Positions 44,600 through 52,773 of a stretch of 64,000 nucleotides of DNA are shown here, in pieces (within the stretch, counting starts at the first letter, position 1; each line of letters begins with the position of its first letter). Position numbers and translations under genes: made by a program. The notes beneath the pieces are model-generated. The model searched no databases and was not told where the DNA came from. It saw nothing but the letters and a program-made list of their open reading frames with translations. The DNA is from a virus. The DNA lies in IMG/VR virus record IMGVR_UViG_3300006735_000002, positions 17,571 to 81,570 of that record, one strand, 5' to 3'.

Positions 44600-45043
44600 T
44601 CAGCCGTGCTTGCTGAGGGCGTGGTCGCTCCAGAAGGCAGCAGCCTCGACAGCTTCCGAGGGCTTCATGCCCGAGTCCCACCACTCTCGGGGAGCGACAG
44701 TGGACCCGATGCTCCCGTAGGCGGTGAACACCTTGGGGTCATCGCCGGCGATGCCGATGACCACCATGTGGTCTGCCGGTCGGCACGGGCGGTTGATGAG
44801 GCGGCTCGGTCCGGGGCGGTTGCCCCGCTTCACGTACTCCACCTCTTCCTCGGGGACGGACTCGTCACCACAGGACGGACCGTACAGAGCCGACTGGAGC
44901 GTGCCGGCCAGCTCCTCGAGCGGGACGGCATCGACGAAGAATCCCTCCCGCACGCTCATCAGGATGTCGATGAGCTTGTGGTGTCTCTCGTCCAGCCCGT
45001 GGTCAGCGTGAAAGATTGGCGTGCCCTTGGGGGTAGCGGTCAT
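44600..45043 (-). CDS. Hypothetical phage protein
   Basis: 147 aa, ALYGP..GD...TAYG...APREWWD...FWSDHAL. Confidence 0.7.
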   Translation of the reverse strand: MTATPKGTPIFHADHGLDERHHKLIDILMSVREGFFVDAVPLEELAGTLQSALYGPSCGDESVPEEEVEYVKRGNRPGPSRLINRPCRPADHMVVIGIAGDDPKVFTAYGSIGSTVAPREWWDSGMKPSEAVEAAAFWSDHALSKHG

Positions 45044-45193
45044 GGTTCTCTCCGATGCAGGCTGAGTGAACGCACGACGAGCAGACCTGCGGACATGCAG
45101 GAGCCTGCTGCGCTCGCCGTGCGGGATGGTTGCTCAAGCGCATGAGGCTGCTCGACCCTGTCGGGGAGCGGCGTCACACCTTGGCGCGATTGC

Positions 45194-45327
45194 TGGGAGC
45201 GGAGGGCATCGAACCCTCTACCGTCAAGGTCTCGTGTCGAGGTGATCAGCCTCTCCACGGCAGCGTCCTCAGGTGATCAGCCCGTGAACATCTGCGCGAC
45301 CAACGGCCCTTACCAACCGGCGCTCCC
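45194..45327 (-). ncRNA. tRNA/tmRNA-like RNA with two CUGAUCA-capped hairpins
   Basis: Acceptor stem GGGAGCG/CGCTCCC plus A; T-arm GAGGG-TTCGATG-CCCTC; D-loop-like TTGGTAA; helix GCCGTTGGTC/GACCTTGACGGT leading to two hairpins with loop CTGATCA. Confidence 0.8.
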
Positions 45328-45435
45328 TCAGGATGAACCTGAGGCCCAATCAAGGCTCTCCTCTTGCGAGGTTGTAGGCGTGGAATCAGACGCCTCGTTA
45401 CTTGTATACCGCTGCCTTGACTCAGCGGTGAGTGG

Positions 45436-45660
45436 TCACGGGATGAGGTAGGAAACCTCAACCTCGTACAACCCGCTCCACTCTCCGAACGGGTCGATCA
45501 CTGCATCGCAGTGCTCGACCTCCGCCAGGAACACCTGGCCCTCATGGGTCACCGCGACGCGGAGACCCACTTCGATTGCTTTTCCGACGATGAAGATTGC
45601 GTCTTCATCGTCGGAGAAGTTCGCCTTACTCAAGGCGAACTGTCGCAGGGCGGGGGTCAT
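45436..45660 (-). CDS. Small hypothetical protein
   Basis: GGAGAG RBS before MTPALR. Confidence 0.55.
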   Translation of the reverse strand: MTPALRQFALSKANFSDDEDAIFIVGKAIEVGLRVAVTHEGQVFLAEVEHCDAVIDPFGEWSGLYEVEVSYLIP

Positions 45661-45859
45661 GTCTCTCTCCAATGCCGGAAGCAAGGAACCCACACACACC
45701 TCCGGCGGGGTGCATGTGGGCATGCCGTCAGGGTCGTGGCCTCTCGGCCACGGTGCCCCCGCACGAGGGGAAGCAGGGGGGCGATGCTCAACCCTGCCTC
45801 AACCCACGCCAGGGGCGCGATGCGATGCGGGCAACCTCACGGGTGCCCGCGGTGTGCCG

Positions 45860-45994
45860 CTACCAGAAGTAGCGACACACCTTGTCGAGCGCCACGCGGG
45901 CAGCCACAAGGGCCGCCCGGTACGCCAGGTTGATGCCCGGCCGCTCCTCCTCTCGTTCGAGGAGTTCGACCATGTGCCGGCCGATCACTGTCAT
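45860..45994 (-). CDS. Possible 44-aa protein
   Basis: MTVIGRHMVELLEREEERPGINLAYRAALVAARVALDKVCRYFW; weak RBS. Confidence 0.35.
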   Translation of the reverse strand: MTVIGRHMVELLEREEERPGINLAYRAALVAARVALDKVCRYFW

Positions 45995-46150
45995 CTCTAC
46001 GCTTTCCAAGTTCACCGGAACTCCTCGGCACACCGACATGTCATGCCGGTGTCAGGTATGCCGGTAAGTGTGTGACACTTCCGGCGGGTTGAGCACTCAA
46101 GCGTAGCGACACGTGGTGTGCCTCGGCCGCTTGAATGCGAAAGAAAAACA

Positions 46151-46436
46151 GAGGGTCATACGGGATAACCCTCGTTGAACCTGTCATATGCAAGTCGGAC
46201 AGGTTATGTCCGAATCACTGCTATGCCAGGTAGGAAGCCACCTCTCGCAGAATCCTCCCACGTTGGGGCGGATTCGAGGGTGGCTGCGCTTAAGAGAAAC
46301 CTAAAGGTAGGGGTAACTCCTACCCGCCCCCCTGATGGGGGGTAGATCCTCGCGCGCTTAGGAATCCTTTTACAAGTCACACATTTGATCATTCAGAAAT
46401 CTATCAGGTAGAACCTGAGTTAATCCGTATGACCTC
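46151..46436 (+). ncRNA. About 285-nt multi-branched structured RNA candidate, antisense to flanking genes
   Basis: Closing stem GGGTCATACGGGATAAC/GTTAATCCGTATGACCT; at least five internal hairpins; G-U pairs valid on + strand; visibly lower GC than its surroundings. Confidence 0.65.
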
Positions 46437-46575
46437 GTGCGACAGGAATCGTCATCCATCCTCGACCACGACGAGAACCCGCATGGGCGGGGCCTCGTCG
46501 TAGGCGACGACGTGCGGCAGAAGTGCTGATCTGCTGATTGTAGATTCAGCGCCTCTGCCGCTACGATTCGTAGAT

Positions 46576-46929
46576 TCAGTCGGGGCGTCGCTTGTCACCC
46601 CACGAGATCGCGCGCTGGGCGGCGTTCTTCGTGAAGTGGGTGCGCTTGCCGTTCATGGCTCCGCCCGGACCCTTGGGTCGAACGGCGGAGCCGCTGTACC
46701 GACCGTGGCTGGGCGTAGCGCCGCGCTGGCGACGCTGGCCTCGACGCTGGCCGCCGAAGTCGGACCAGCCATGGCCGGAGCCCCGCGTGGCAGGGTTGCC
46801 GTCCATGGTCCGGGTCCTGGCGACGTGTTCGAGCCACATGGACTCGGACTGTGCAAGGCGAGCCTCGCAGTAGTCGAGCATGCGGTCCAAGTCGGCGACG
46901 CAGTCGAGAGCGTCGTGGTTTTTGGGCAT
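46576..46929 (-). CDS. Basic Gly/Arg-rich hypothetical protein
   Basis: AAGGGA RBS before MPKNHD. Confidence 0.55.
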   Translation of the reverse strand: MPKNHDALDCVADLDRMLDYCEARLAQSESMWLEHVARTRTMDGNPATRGSGHGWSDFGGQRRGQRRQRGATPSHGRYSGSAVRPKGPGGAMNGKRTHFTKNAAQRAISWGDKRRPD

Positions 46930-47053
46930 GGCGGTCCCTTGGTTGATAGGCTGACGTGTTTCGACCCTCCATGGGTCATCGTCAGGGAGGCGGTACAGCC
47001 TCCGACACGTGGGGCGAGGCGACCCCCCGAGAGGGGCCGCCCCATGGCTGGAG

Positions 47054-48187
47054 TCAGCGAGCGGCGCGGGCAGTGGCTGCGATCGTGTCGGCGAGGTCAC
47101 CCTCACCGGCGTCACGCAGCGACCACTCGTGGTGCCGCCCGTCCTGGGCGATGCGGGCAGACTCGTCCATGTCACGGACCTTGCGGCCCGTGGCACGAGC
47201 GGCTGCCAGCCGGAACTTCGAGAGCGAGAGTGCGGCCACGCCGGAGTTGATCCGGTCGTCGTCCCATCCGTCCGCTTCGAGGACCGCAGCCGCAGCCGGG
47301 TCCCGAGCGGGGATGAGGACGAGCGGCTTCGCCGTAGCGGCGAGGCCATCGAAGGAGTCGGATGCCTGCGAAGGCAGGCCGACACCGAGGCGGACGAGGC
47401 AGCGTGCGATCTGCTCCGGGGTCACGAACGACTGGACCGCGTAGGTCTTGCCGCTCGGGACCACACCCATCTGAGTCGCGCCGAAAGCCTTGAGGTCCTT
47501 GATGGCCTCGTGCTTCTCCCGGCTGTCGCGGTAGAACACCGCGATGGCACGGGACGCACGGGTCACCGGGACCGCAAAGTCCAGGCGCTTGCCAGTGGGG
47601 CGGAGGACCGGGCAGGCAATGCCTTCGGCGTTGCGAACCGCGAGGTTCGCGACACCACCGGCCTGCTGCTCCAGATCGGCCTGACGACCGCCGGCACCGG
47701 TGGTGGTGCCGAAGATCATCAGGTTGGAGCGCGTAGCCCACGTCTTCACCTTGCCGAGGTCCTCGGTCGTGAAACCGAGCACGCTGGCGCAGAGCAGCCG
47801 GGGCCCGGCACCCTTGATCTTGCCGTCCTTCGTCTTGACGAATCGGACCTTGTCGTCGGTCGTGTCGACCGAGGCGTAGGTCGCCTCCATGGTCTGCACC
47901 ATGGCCTTGCCCATCTCCTCGGTCGCCACTCCGTCCGTCCCGACACCGACCTCCATGTCCTCCAGGTGGAGGGCGTAGCCGCCCACCGGAGCCGGGCTGT
48001 CGTTGACGGTCGGGTAGACGTAGGTCTCCGTCGTCGTCTCGCTCTCCTCCTCGGAATCCAGGCCGGTGGCCTGGAGCATGGTTGCGATGATCGCAGCCTT
48101 GTTCATCTTCATCGACACCTGGATGGACGGGTCCATCGCGGCGAGGTTGCAGAGGTCGGCCTTGGTCATTCCGTTGAGGTTGAGCAT
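47054..48187 (-). CDS. First early gene; N-terminal Rho-N/HeH-like domain
   Basis: LNGMTKADLCNLAA...KMNKAAIIATML; GGAG RBS before ATG 48187. Confidence 0.65.
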   Translation of the reverse strand: MLNLNGMTKADLCNLAAMDPSIQVSMKMNKAAIIATMLQATGLDSEEESETTTETYVYPTVNDSPAPVGGYALHLEDMEVGVGTDGVATEEMGKAMVQTMEATYASVDTTDDKVRFVKTKDGKIKGAGPRLLCASVLGFTTEDLGKVKTWATRSNLMIFGTTTGAGGRQADLEQQAGGVANLAVRNAEGIACPVLRPTGKRLDFAVPVTRASRAIAVFYRDSREKHEAIKDLKAFGATQMGVVPSGKTYAVQSFVTPEQIARCLVRLGVGLPSQASDSFDGLAATAKPLVLIPARDPAAAAVLEADGWDDDRINSGVAALSLSKFRLAAARATGRKVRDMDESARIAQDGRHHEWSLRDAGEGDLADTIAATARAAR

Positions 48188-48199
48188 AGTAGTCTCCAT

Positions 48200-49120
48200 G
48201 GCTTGCCGGATTCCGTACCGACTTCGCCCCATTCGTCGGACCACACGGTCCTCGGGTTAGGGGCACGGCTTGATGCTTCCGACGTTTCCATCGGTCGGCT
48301 CGCCACGAAGAAAGGCCCATGACTACAAGAGCCATGGGCCTTCCATACGTGGGTCCGTGGGACGGGCAAACCGTCCTCGCCATGCGTGCGTCGCCATGAG
48401 CGCACGTCTCCCCTTTTAACACGCTTTGTTCTTTCACGTGGGATCGGAGGGTACAACCGATGATGTATGCGCCGGATCCTCTCGGACTCGCCGACCATGC
48501 TCACGCATGGCACACGTGTTCCTCCCCTATCGCTCCCCATATGATCGGATCGATGCGATAGGCGTGCTGCGCGGTACCCTCACGGGCACCGTACGTGTGA
48601 CGCTTAGACTGTTTTCTCAGCCTTGACGATACAAACAGGCAACCCGCATAACGGACCCGTCACCAGGATCTCACCACGTTTGACCGTCCAACCGCGCGCC
48701 GTACCCGGACACACGCACCACGGGTAACAGCGCCGAAACGCCATATCCAAGGCACGCCCGATCCCGAGGCGCCGAAACGCACAAGGGGGGCACGATACGC
48801 GGCACTCAGGCCGCACGATCAAGAGATCGAATCGTCGCGTATTCGTGTTTCAAGGTACCGGCGGTGTCACACCCCTTCGCGGGGCCCATTCTCGGTACAC
48901 CATCAATATAACATGGTGGGCACACCACCCCCCTACGACGGACGGCACCCGACCCGACACAACACAACAGGGGGAAGGGGCGCGGGGCACGGCGGCCTGG
49001 AGGTGCGACCCCCCCACCACCAAAAAACTTTTGTAATGGGACCCAAAGTAGGGGGGCCCCTTTTCAATCGGACCCGATTTTCAAAAACAGGTGTGTTACA
49101 CTCGTGTGCGTGTTACAGGA
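48200..49120. other. Long non-coding divergent region, candidate genome terminus/origin
   Basis: No credible ORF, flanking genes diverge, homopolymer cluster near 49010-49088, repeated GCGCCGAAACGC, several hairpins. Confidence 0.5.
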
Positions 49121-49126
49121 GCGCTT

Positions 49127-49777
49127 ATGCCTAAAACGATTCGCCTCAGTCTCAAGTTGACGGACGCTCAGCTTATGTCCCTCAGCAGTGTCAAGGCCGA
49201 CCTTCGAAACGACTCGAAGGTTCAGGCATTGGGCGGTGACGTGACCGACCATACGGCCCTTAGGTACATCCTTTTCGAGGCCCTGGACGGAGTTCGTTAC
49301 TCACGTGCGGCGGAGGGTCTGGAGTCGCTGGCGCGGCGGGATGCGCTGCTCGGCACACCTGGGCACGGTAAGCTGGAGCCTGAAGAGGTCCCTGCGGCGC
49401 CGCCTGAGGTCGAGGTCGAGGAAGAAGAGGTCGAGGAGGACATCTTGCCGGTCCGGGTGTACGACCGGCCGATTGGTTGGGAGTTCTACGACCATGGCGG
49501 CTGGGAGTTTCCGCAGACGCAAGATGAGATGCATTCATACTACGAGGCGGCGGGTTGGATCCGATGCGCGGCTCAGCTCGAGGACCGGATGCTCGAGCTC
49601 TACTGGCACCCCGACGGTTCGAAGCATGACCTACCTGCCTACGGCGGCAAGGACAGCTACAATCGAGGCATCGACGTGCAGCGTTCGCCCGACGTGGGTC
49701 TGGCCCACATGGTCCCAGAAGACTGGGACGAGCCGAGGGGAGCTACGGGCGACATCGGCATGTGGTCCCCGGGATGA
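49127..49777 (+). CDS. Hypothetical protein, possible ribbon-helix-helix N-terminus
   Basis: AGGAG RBS; MPKTIRLSLKLTDAQL; TGTTACACT upstream. Confidence 0.6.
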   Translation: MPKTIRLSLKLTDAQLMSLSSVKADLRNDSKVQALGGDVTDHTALRYILFEALDGVRYSRAAEGLESLARRDALLGTPGHGKLEPEEVPAAPPEVEVEEEEVEEDILPVRVYDRPIGWEFYDHGGWEFPQTQDEMHSYYEAAGWIRCAAQLEDRMLELYWHPDGSKHDLPAYGGKDSYNRGIDVQRSPDVGLAHMVPEDWDEPRGATGDIGMWSPG

Positions 49778-50094
49778 TGGAGGTTGCGATGACAGGGTTT
49801 GCTGACCTTGGTGAGGTGATGGCGGCTCGTGCGGGTGACGACGTTCCCGTGGAGCGTGCTCCCGCGCTGGTCCCGGCGCCTATTGCTCAGTCAACACCTG
49901 GCCACTGGGCCAGTTATCTGTGGCAGACGTCTCGCGGAACGTGGCAGGACGTTGCTGACGCCCTCGACATGTCGTTCAGCACGGTCTATCGGCGGGCGCA
50001 GGACTACTGCTGGGCGCAGGACCTGCCCTGGCCGCTCGAGAAGCGCGTTGAAGCACGCCGTGTGGTCCGAGAGGTCATCCGAGGCGTCACTTGA
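49774..50094 (+). CDS. HTH protein
   Basis: TWQDVADALDMSFSTVYRRA. Confidence 0.65.
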   Translation: MMEVAMTGFADLGEVMAARAGDDVPVERAPALVPAPIAQSTPGHWASYLWQTSRGTWQDVADALDMSFSTVYRRAQDYCWAQDLPWPLEKRVEARRVVREVIRGVT

Positions 50095-50507
50095 GGGTCG
50101 TTTTCTACGGTGGCCGGCACTTCAACGACGTGCATGGGCTGTATGAGGTCTTCTACAAGCTCTTTCGGGGGCGCGGAATGGCCGAAATGTACCTGACGGA
50201 CGACCCAGGGGCGCCAGAGTTGCTCGCGCGTTTCGGTCGGGAGCAGGATTTGGACGTTCGGGTCGTTCCTGCGCCCTGGTTGCTGTTTGGCAACCGCGCA
50301 GAGGGGTCTCGGCGCCGCGTTTTGCTGGAATCTGCCCCAGAAATGGTCGTTTTGCTGCCCGGCGGGCGGTCAGTGGCCCACATGGCCGACATTTCGTCGG
50401 CTGCGGGCCTCCCGGTGTGGGATTTGCGCGAGCTCGAGTACATTATCGCGGGTGATGGGCGGCAAATCGGCGAACGGGACGTCGATCAAGACGAGCTGCT
50501 CTTCTAA
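50091..50507 (+). CDS. SLOG-superfamily (YspA/DUF2493-like) protein, degenerate
   Basis: RVVFYGGRHFND ... VVLLPGGRSVAHM..AAGLPV. Confidence 0.7.
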   Translation: MRVVFYGGRHFNDVHGLYEVFYKLFRGRGMAEMYLTDDPGAPELLARFGREQDLDVRVVPAPWLLFGNRAEGSRRRVLLESAPEMVVLLPGGRSVAHMADISSAAGLPVWDLRELEYIIAGDGRQIGERDVDQDELLF

Positions 50508-51046
50508 CGCGGCATCTCCTCCTGGTACTCCTGGTACTCGCCGTCATCTTGCGGCATCTCCGCCAGGTACTCACCGTCATCTTCGTAATCTTCGTCATCG
50601 AGAAGAACCGGCGGGTTGTCGAGCGCCCGCCTATACTCCATGCTTGAGATTTCTCCGCCAGAAAAAGGTAGCCCTTCCTCGTCAGACGGATCTTCTTCGG
50701 CCATGTCTGCCATTCCGTCGATAAAACTTTCGCCCGGAGACGGGTTGACGCGGTCTTCGTAATCGTCGTGGTCTTTGACCTGTTCATCGGCCCGTCGAAA
50801 AAATGCTTCCGTCGCGTCAGTAAACCTCTCGCTGGTCGTTACCGCCGGAGGCTGCACGGCTTTCTTGGGGCCGCGCATCTCCAGGTTGTAGCCGTACGGG
50901 GTCTCCGTAGTCGTAGACTTTGCGCCACTCTTGTACGTGGTCGTGCCTGTAGGCAGCCTCGACGGTCCGAGCGTGAACTCCTGCGCCATCTCGTCCTTGA
51001 GATTGGCGTAAGCCTGTCCGGGCACGTATTTGTTGAAGTCGTCCAT
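50504..51046 (-). CDS. Acidic hypothetical protein
   Basis: 180 aa with a repeated DDGEY...EMP tail. Confidence 0.6.
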   Translation of the reverse strand: MDDFNKYVPGQAYANLKDEMAQEFTLGPSRLPTGTTTYKSGAKSTTTETPYGYNLEMRGPKKAVQPPAVTTSERFTDATEAFFRRADEQVKDHDDYEDRVNPSPGESFIDGMADMAEEDPSDEEGLPFSGGEISSMEYRRALDNPPVLLDDEDYEDDGEYLAEMPQDDGEYQEYQEEMPR

Positions 51047-51417
51047 CAGGTGATGAGGATTCGCGTCTGCAGTGTCGTTGACGGACCAGTGCTGCCGGAG
51101 TTGCCCGCGGCGTTGGCGCCGATGTACAGAATCCCGACGTCGATGGTCAGCCCGAGGGGAATCGTGTACATCCTCGTGCTGTTTCCGGGCGCGTAGAAGA
51201 TGAAGTGCGCGGGGTTTGTCCCGCTGGTCTTACCCGAGGTCGCATCCCAGATACGGAGGTATGCGTCGCCCGACCCTGCGCTGTTGTCCAGGTAGACGGC
51301 GAAGATGGTAGTCGCACCGTCTTTGCCCAGAATCGGTGCAGTGCCGCCGACGACGTTGGCGTCGGAGATTTCGTTTCCGGCGAGATTGCCCGGAAGTACG
51401 CGATTAACGAGGCTCAT
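51046..51417 (-). CDS. Virion structural protein, paralog 1
   Basis: 123 aa, VYLDNS...YLRIWDA...P...GLT pattern shared with the neighbour. Confidence 0.65.
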   Translation of the reverse strand: MSLVNRVLPGNLAGNEISDANVVGGTAPILGKDGATTIFAVYLDNSAGSGDAYLRIWDATSGKTSGTNPAHFIFYAPGNSTRMYTIPLGLTIDVGILYIGANAAGNSGSTGPSTTLQTRILIT

Positions 51418-51420
51418 AGT

Positions 51421-51792
51421 TCAGCTCCCCACGAGGAGGGTGGCAGCGGGTTGGCTGGGCCCCACGTTGTTAGTGTCGTCTTCGTCTTGCACCGCACGGA
51501 TGGTCACGCCTGTAGTGAACGACAGGCCATCTGCGATAATGACGGTTGTGCTGACAGACTGCTCAACCCGAATCACCAAGTTCGGCAGGCTGTTCGCGGC
51601 GGTAGCCGACGCAGCGTTGTAGAACTTGAAGAAGGTGTTGTGGCCAGAGTTCTGGGAGTTGTCCAGAACCATCGAGTGCAGTGAGATCGCGCCGTCAAAA
51701 ATGTTGGCGGTGCCTACCTCGTCGGTGTCGGTTTCCTTGGCAATGATGTCAGGGAAGTCAGTCGTGCCGAGGGGCGTAGTAGTAAGAGCCAT
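51421..51792 (-). CDS. Virion structural protein, paralog 2
   Basis: 123 aa, MVLDNS...FFKFYNA...P...GLS. Confidence 0.65.
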   Translation of the reverse strand: MALTTTPLGTTDFPDIIAKETDTDEVGTANIFDGAISLHSMVLDNSQNSGHNTFFKFYNAASATAANSLPNLVIRVEQSVSTTVIIADGLSFTTGVTIRAVQDEDDTNNVGPSQPAATLLVGS

Positions 51793-51818
51793 TTACGGCC
51801 TCCTTCAGGCGCAGCCTA

Positions 51819-52121
51819 TCAGCCGCCAGTTGCCTTTGTCACGGTCTTCTTGTTGCTCCAGGTAGCCTGGCAAGACCAGTAGCGAGCCTTGTGCTTGGGG
51901 CCCGGGTTGTCACAGTTGTGTCGTGCCCGGAAGTTCTTGCGCCGCTTGGGGTCGTCGCGCTTGATCTCCATGTTGGCATCACCGAAGGTCACCTTCACGA
52001 CGTTGCCGTTCGGCTTCTTCACGAACACGACGAACTTCTTCTTCCCGTAGGAAGGCTCGCCCTTTCGGATGCGGCGCGGCTTGTTGAGCGCCGGAGTCTT
52101 CTTTTTCTTCTTCTCGGCCAA
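51819..52121 (-). CDS. Highly basic conserved phage protein
   Basis: KKFVVFVK...VTFGD...RRKNFRARHNC...ARYWSC. Confidence 0.7.
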   Translation of the reverse strand: MAEKKKKKTPALNKPRRIRKGEPSYGKKKFVVFVKKPNGNVVKVTFGDANMEIKRDDPKRRKNFRARHNCDNPGPKHKARYWSCQATWSNKKTVTKATGG

Positions 52122-52160
52122 GACGCACCTCTGCAGCAGCAGAATAACACAGTCTCCAGA

Positions 52161-52577
52161 CTACTCGCCTTCTTCGGGCGAGGCCACGGGCTCGTCGCAT
52201 GCGGGCTGCTCCTTCAGCGACTCGACGAGCAAGTCCCTGATATCACTGCATTCTGGTCGGTTGGCCGATGACTGGCCGAACTGTAGGCACGTGGCCCACT
52301 GGCACTGCACTGAGGCGGGGTCACCGCCGGCCTTGGTGCGGCACTGGACGGGCACCTCTGCGAGTTCGGAGCGAAGCTCGGCGTCGATGACGACGGGCTT
52401 GCTGGCTTCGACCAGAATCTCGGTCTGTCCGTCGAGGATGGCGTCGATGCTCTGCGCCTGTGCCTCGAGCGCCTTGTGGGTGTCATCGGGCTTGAGGCCC
52501 CACCCAGCGCCGAAGCCTGCGCCGACGCTGACGACAACCGCAATGACGGTCAGAGTGACGGGGTCCATCTTAGTCAT
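52161..52577 (-). CDS. Membrane-anchored lysis accessory (spanin-like)
   Basis: N-terminal TM, coiled segment, Cys-rich C-terminus; follows the holin and endolysin. Confidence 0.5.
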   Translation of the reverse strand: MTKMDPVTLTVIAVVVSVGAGFGAGWGLKPDDTHKALEAQAQSIDAILDGQTEILVEASKPVVIDAELRSELAEVPVQCRTKAGGDPASVQCQWATCLQFGQSSANRPECSDIRDLLVESLKEQPACDEPVASPEEGE

Positions 52578-52773
52578 CCTTGCTGATGCTCTTGGGCGCA
52601 GCGAGGCCCTTGGCGGCTTCGCCTGCGATGAAGGCGATGGTCACCCACATCCAGGCGTCGTCGCCAATCTTTCCGTAGAAGCACAGGGCGGTGCCCACGG
52701 ACCATGCGAGGAGGCGCCGGTAGCTGATCTTCTTCACGGGGTCGAAGAGCATGTCGGTCATCTTGGTAATCAT
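52570..52773 (-). CDS. Putative holin
   Basis: 67 aa, two hydrophobic segments, ISYRRLL, charged C-terminus, coupled to the amidase. Confidence 0.6.
   Translation of the reverse strand: MITKMTDMLFDPVKKISYRRLLAWSVGTALCFYGKIGDDAWMWVTIAFIAGEAAKGLAAPKSISKDD

Noticed and set aside
45238-45252. Similarity of GGCTGATCACCTC to the 16S rRNA 3' end (GGCTGGATCACCTCC)
   Set aside because: Short, gapped, lacks the full anti-SD and is explained by hairpin pairing; no rRNA context
45194-45327. Canonical tRNA-Ile or tmRNA
   Set aside because: Too long for a tRNA, no proper D-stem, two anticodon-like loops with C37; too short for tmRNA, no G3-U70 and no tag ORF
46151-46436. Retron ncRNA, DGR template or MITE
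   Set aside because: No reverse transcriptase or transposase in the window, single copy, no target duplication seen, and strand-specific G-U pairing favours an RNA structure
50508-50600. Short repeats resembling an array
   Set aside because: In-frame coding repeats (DDGEY...EMP) in an acidic protein tail
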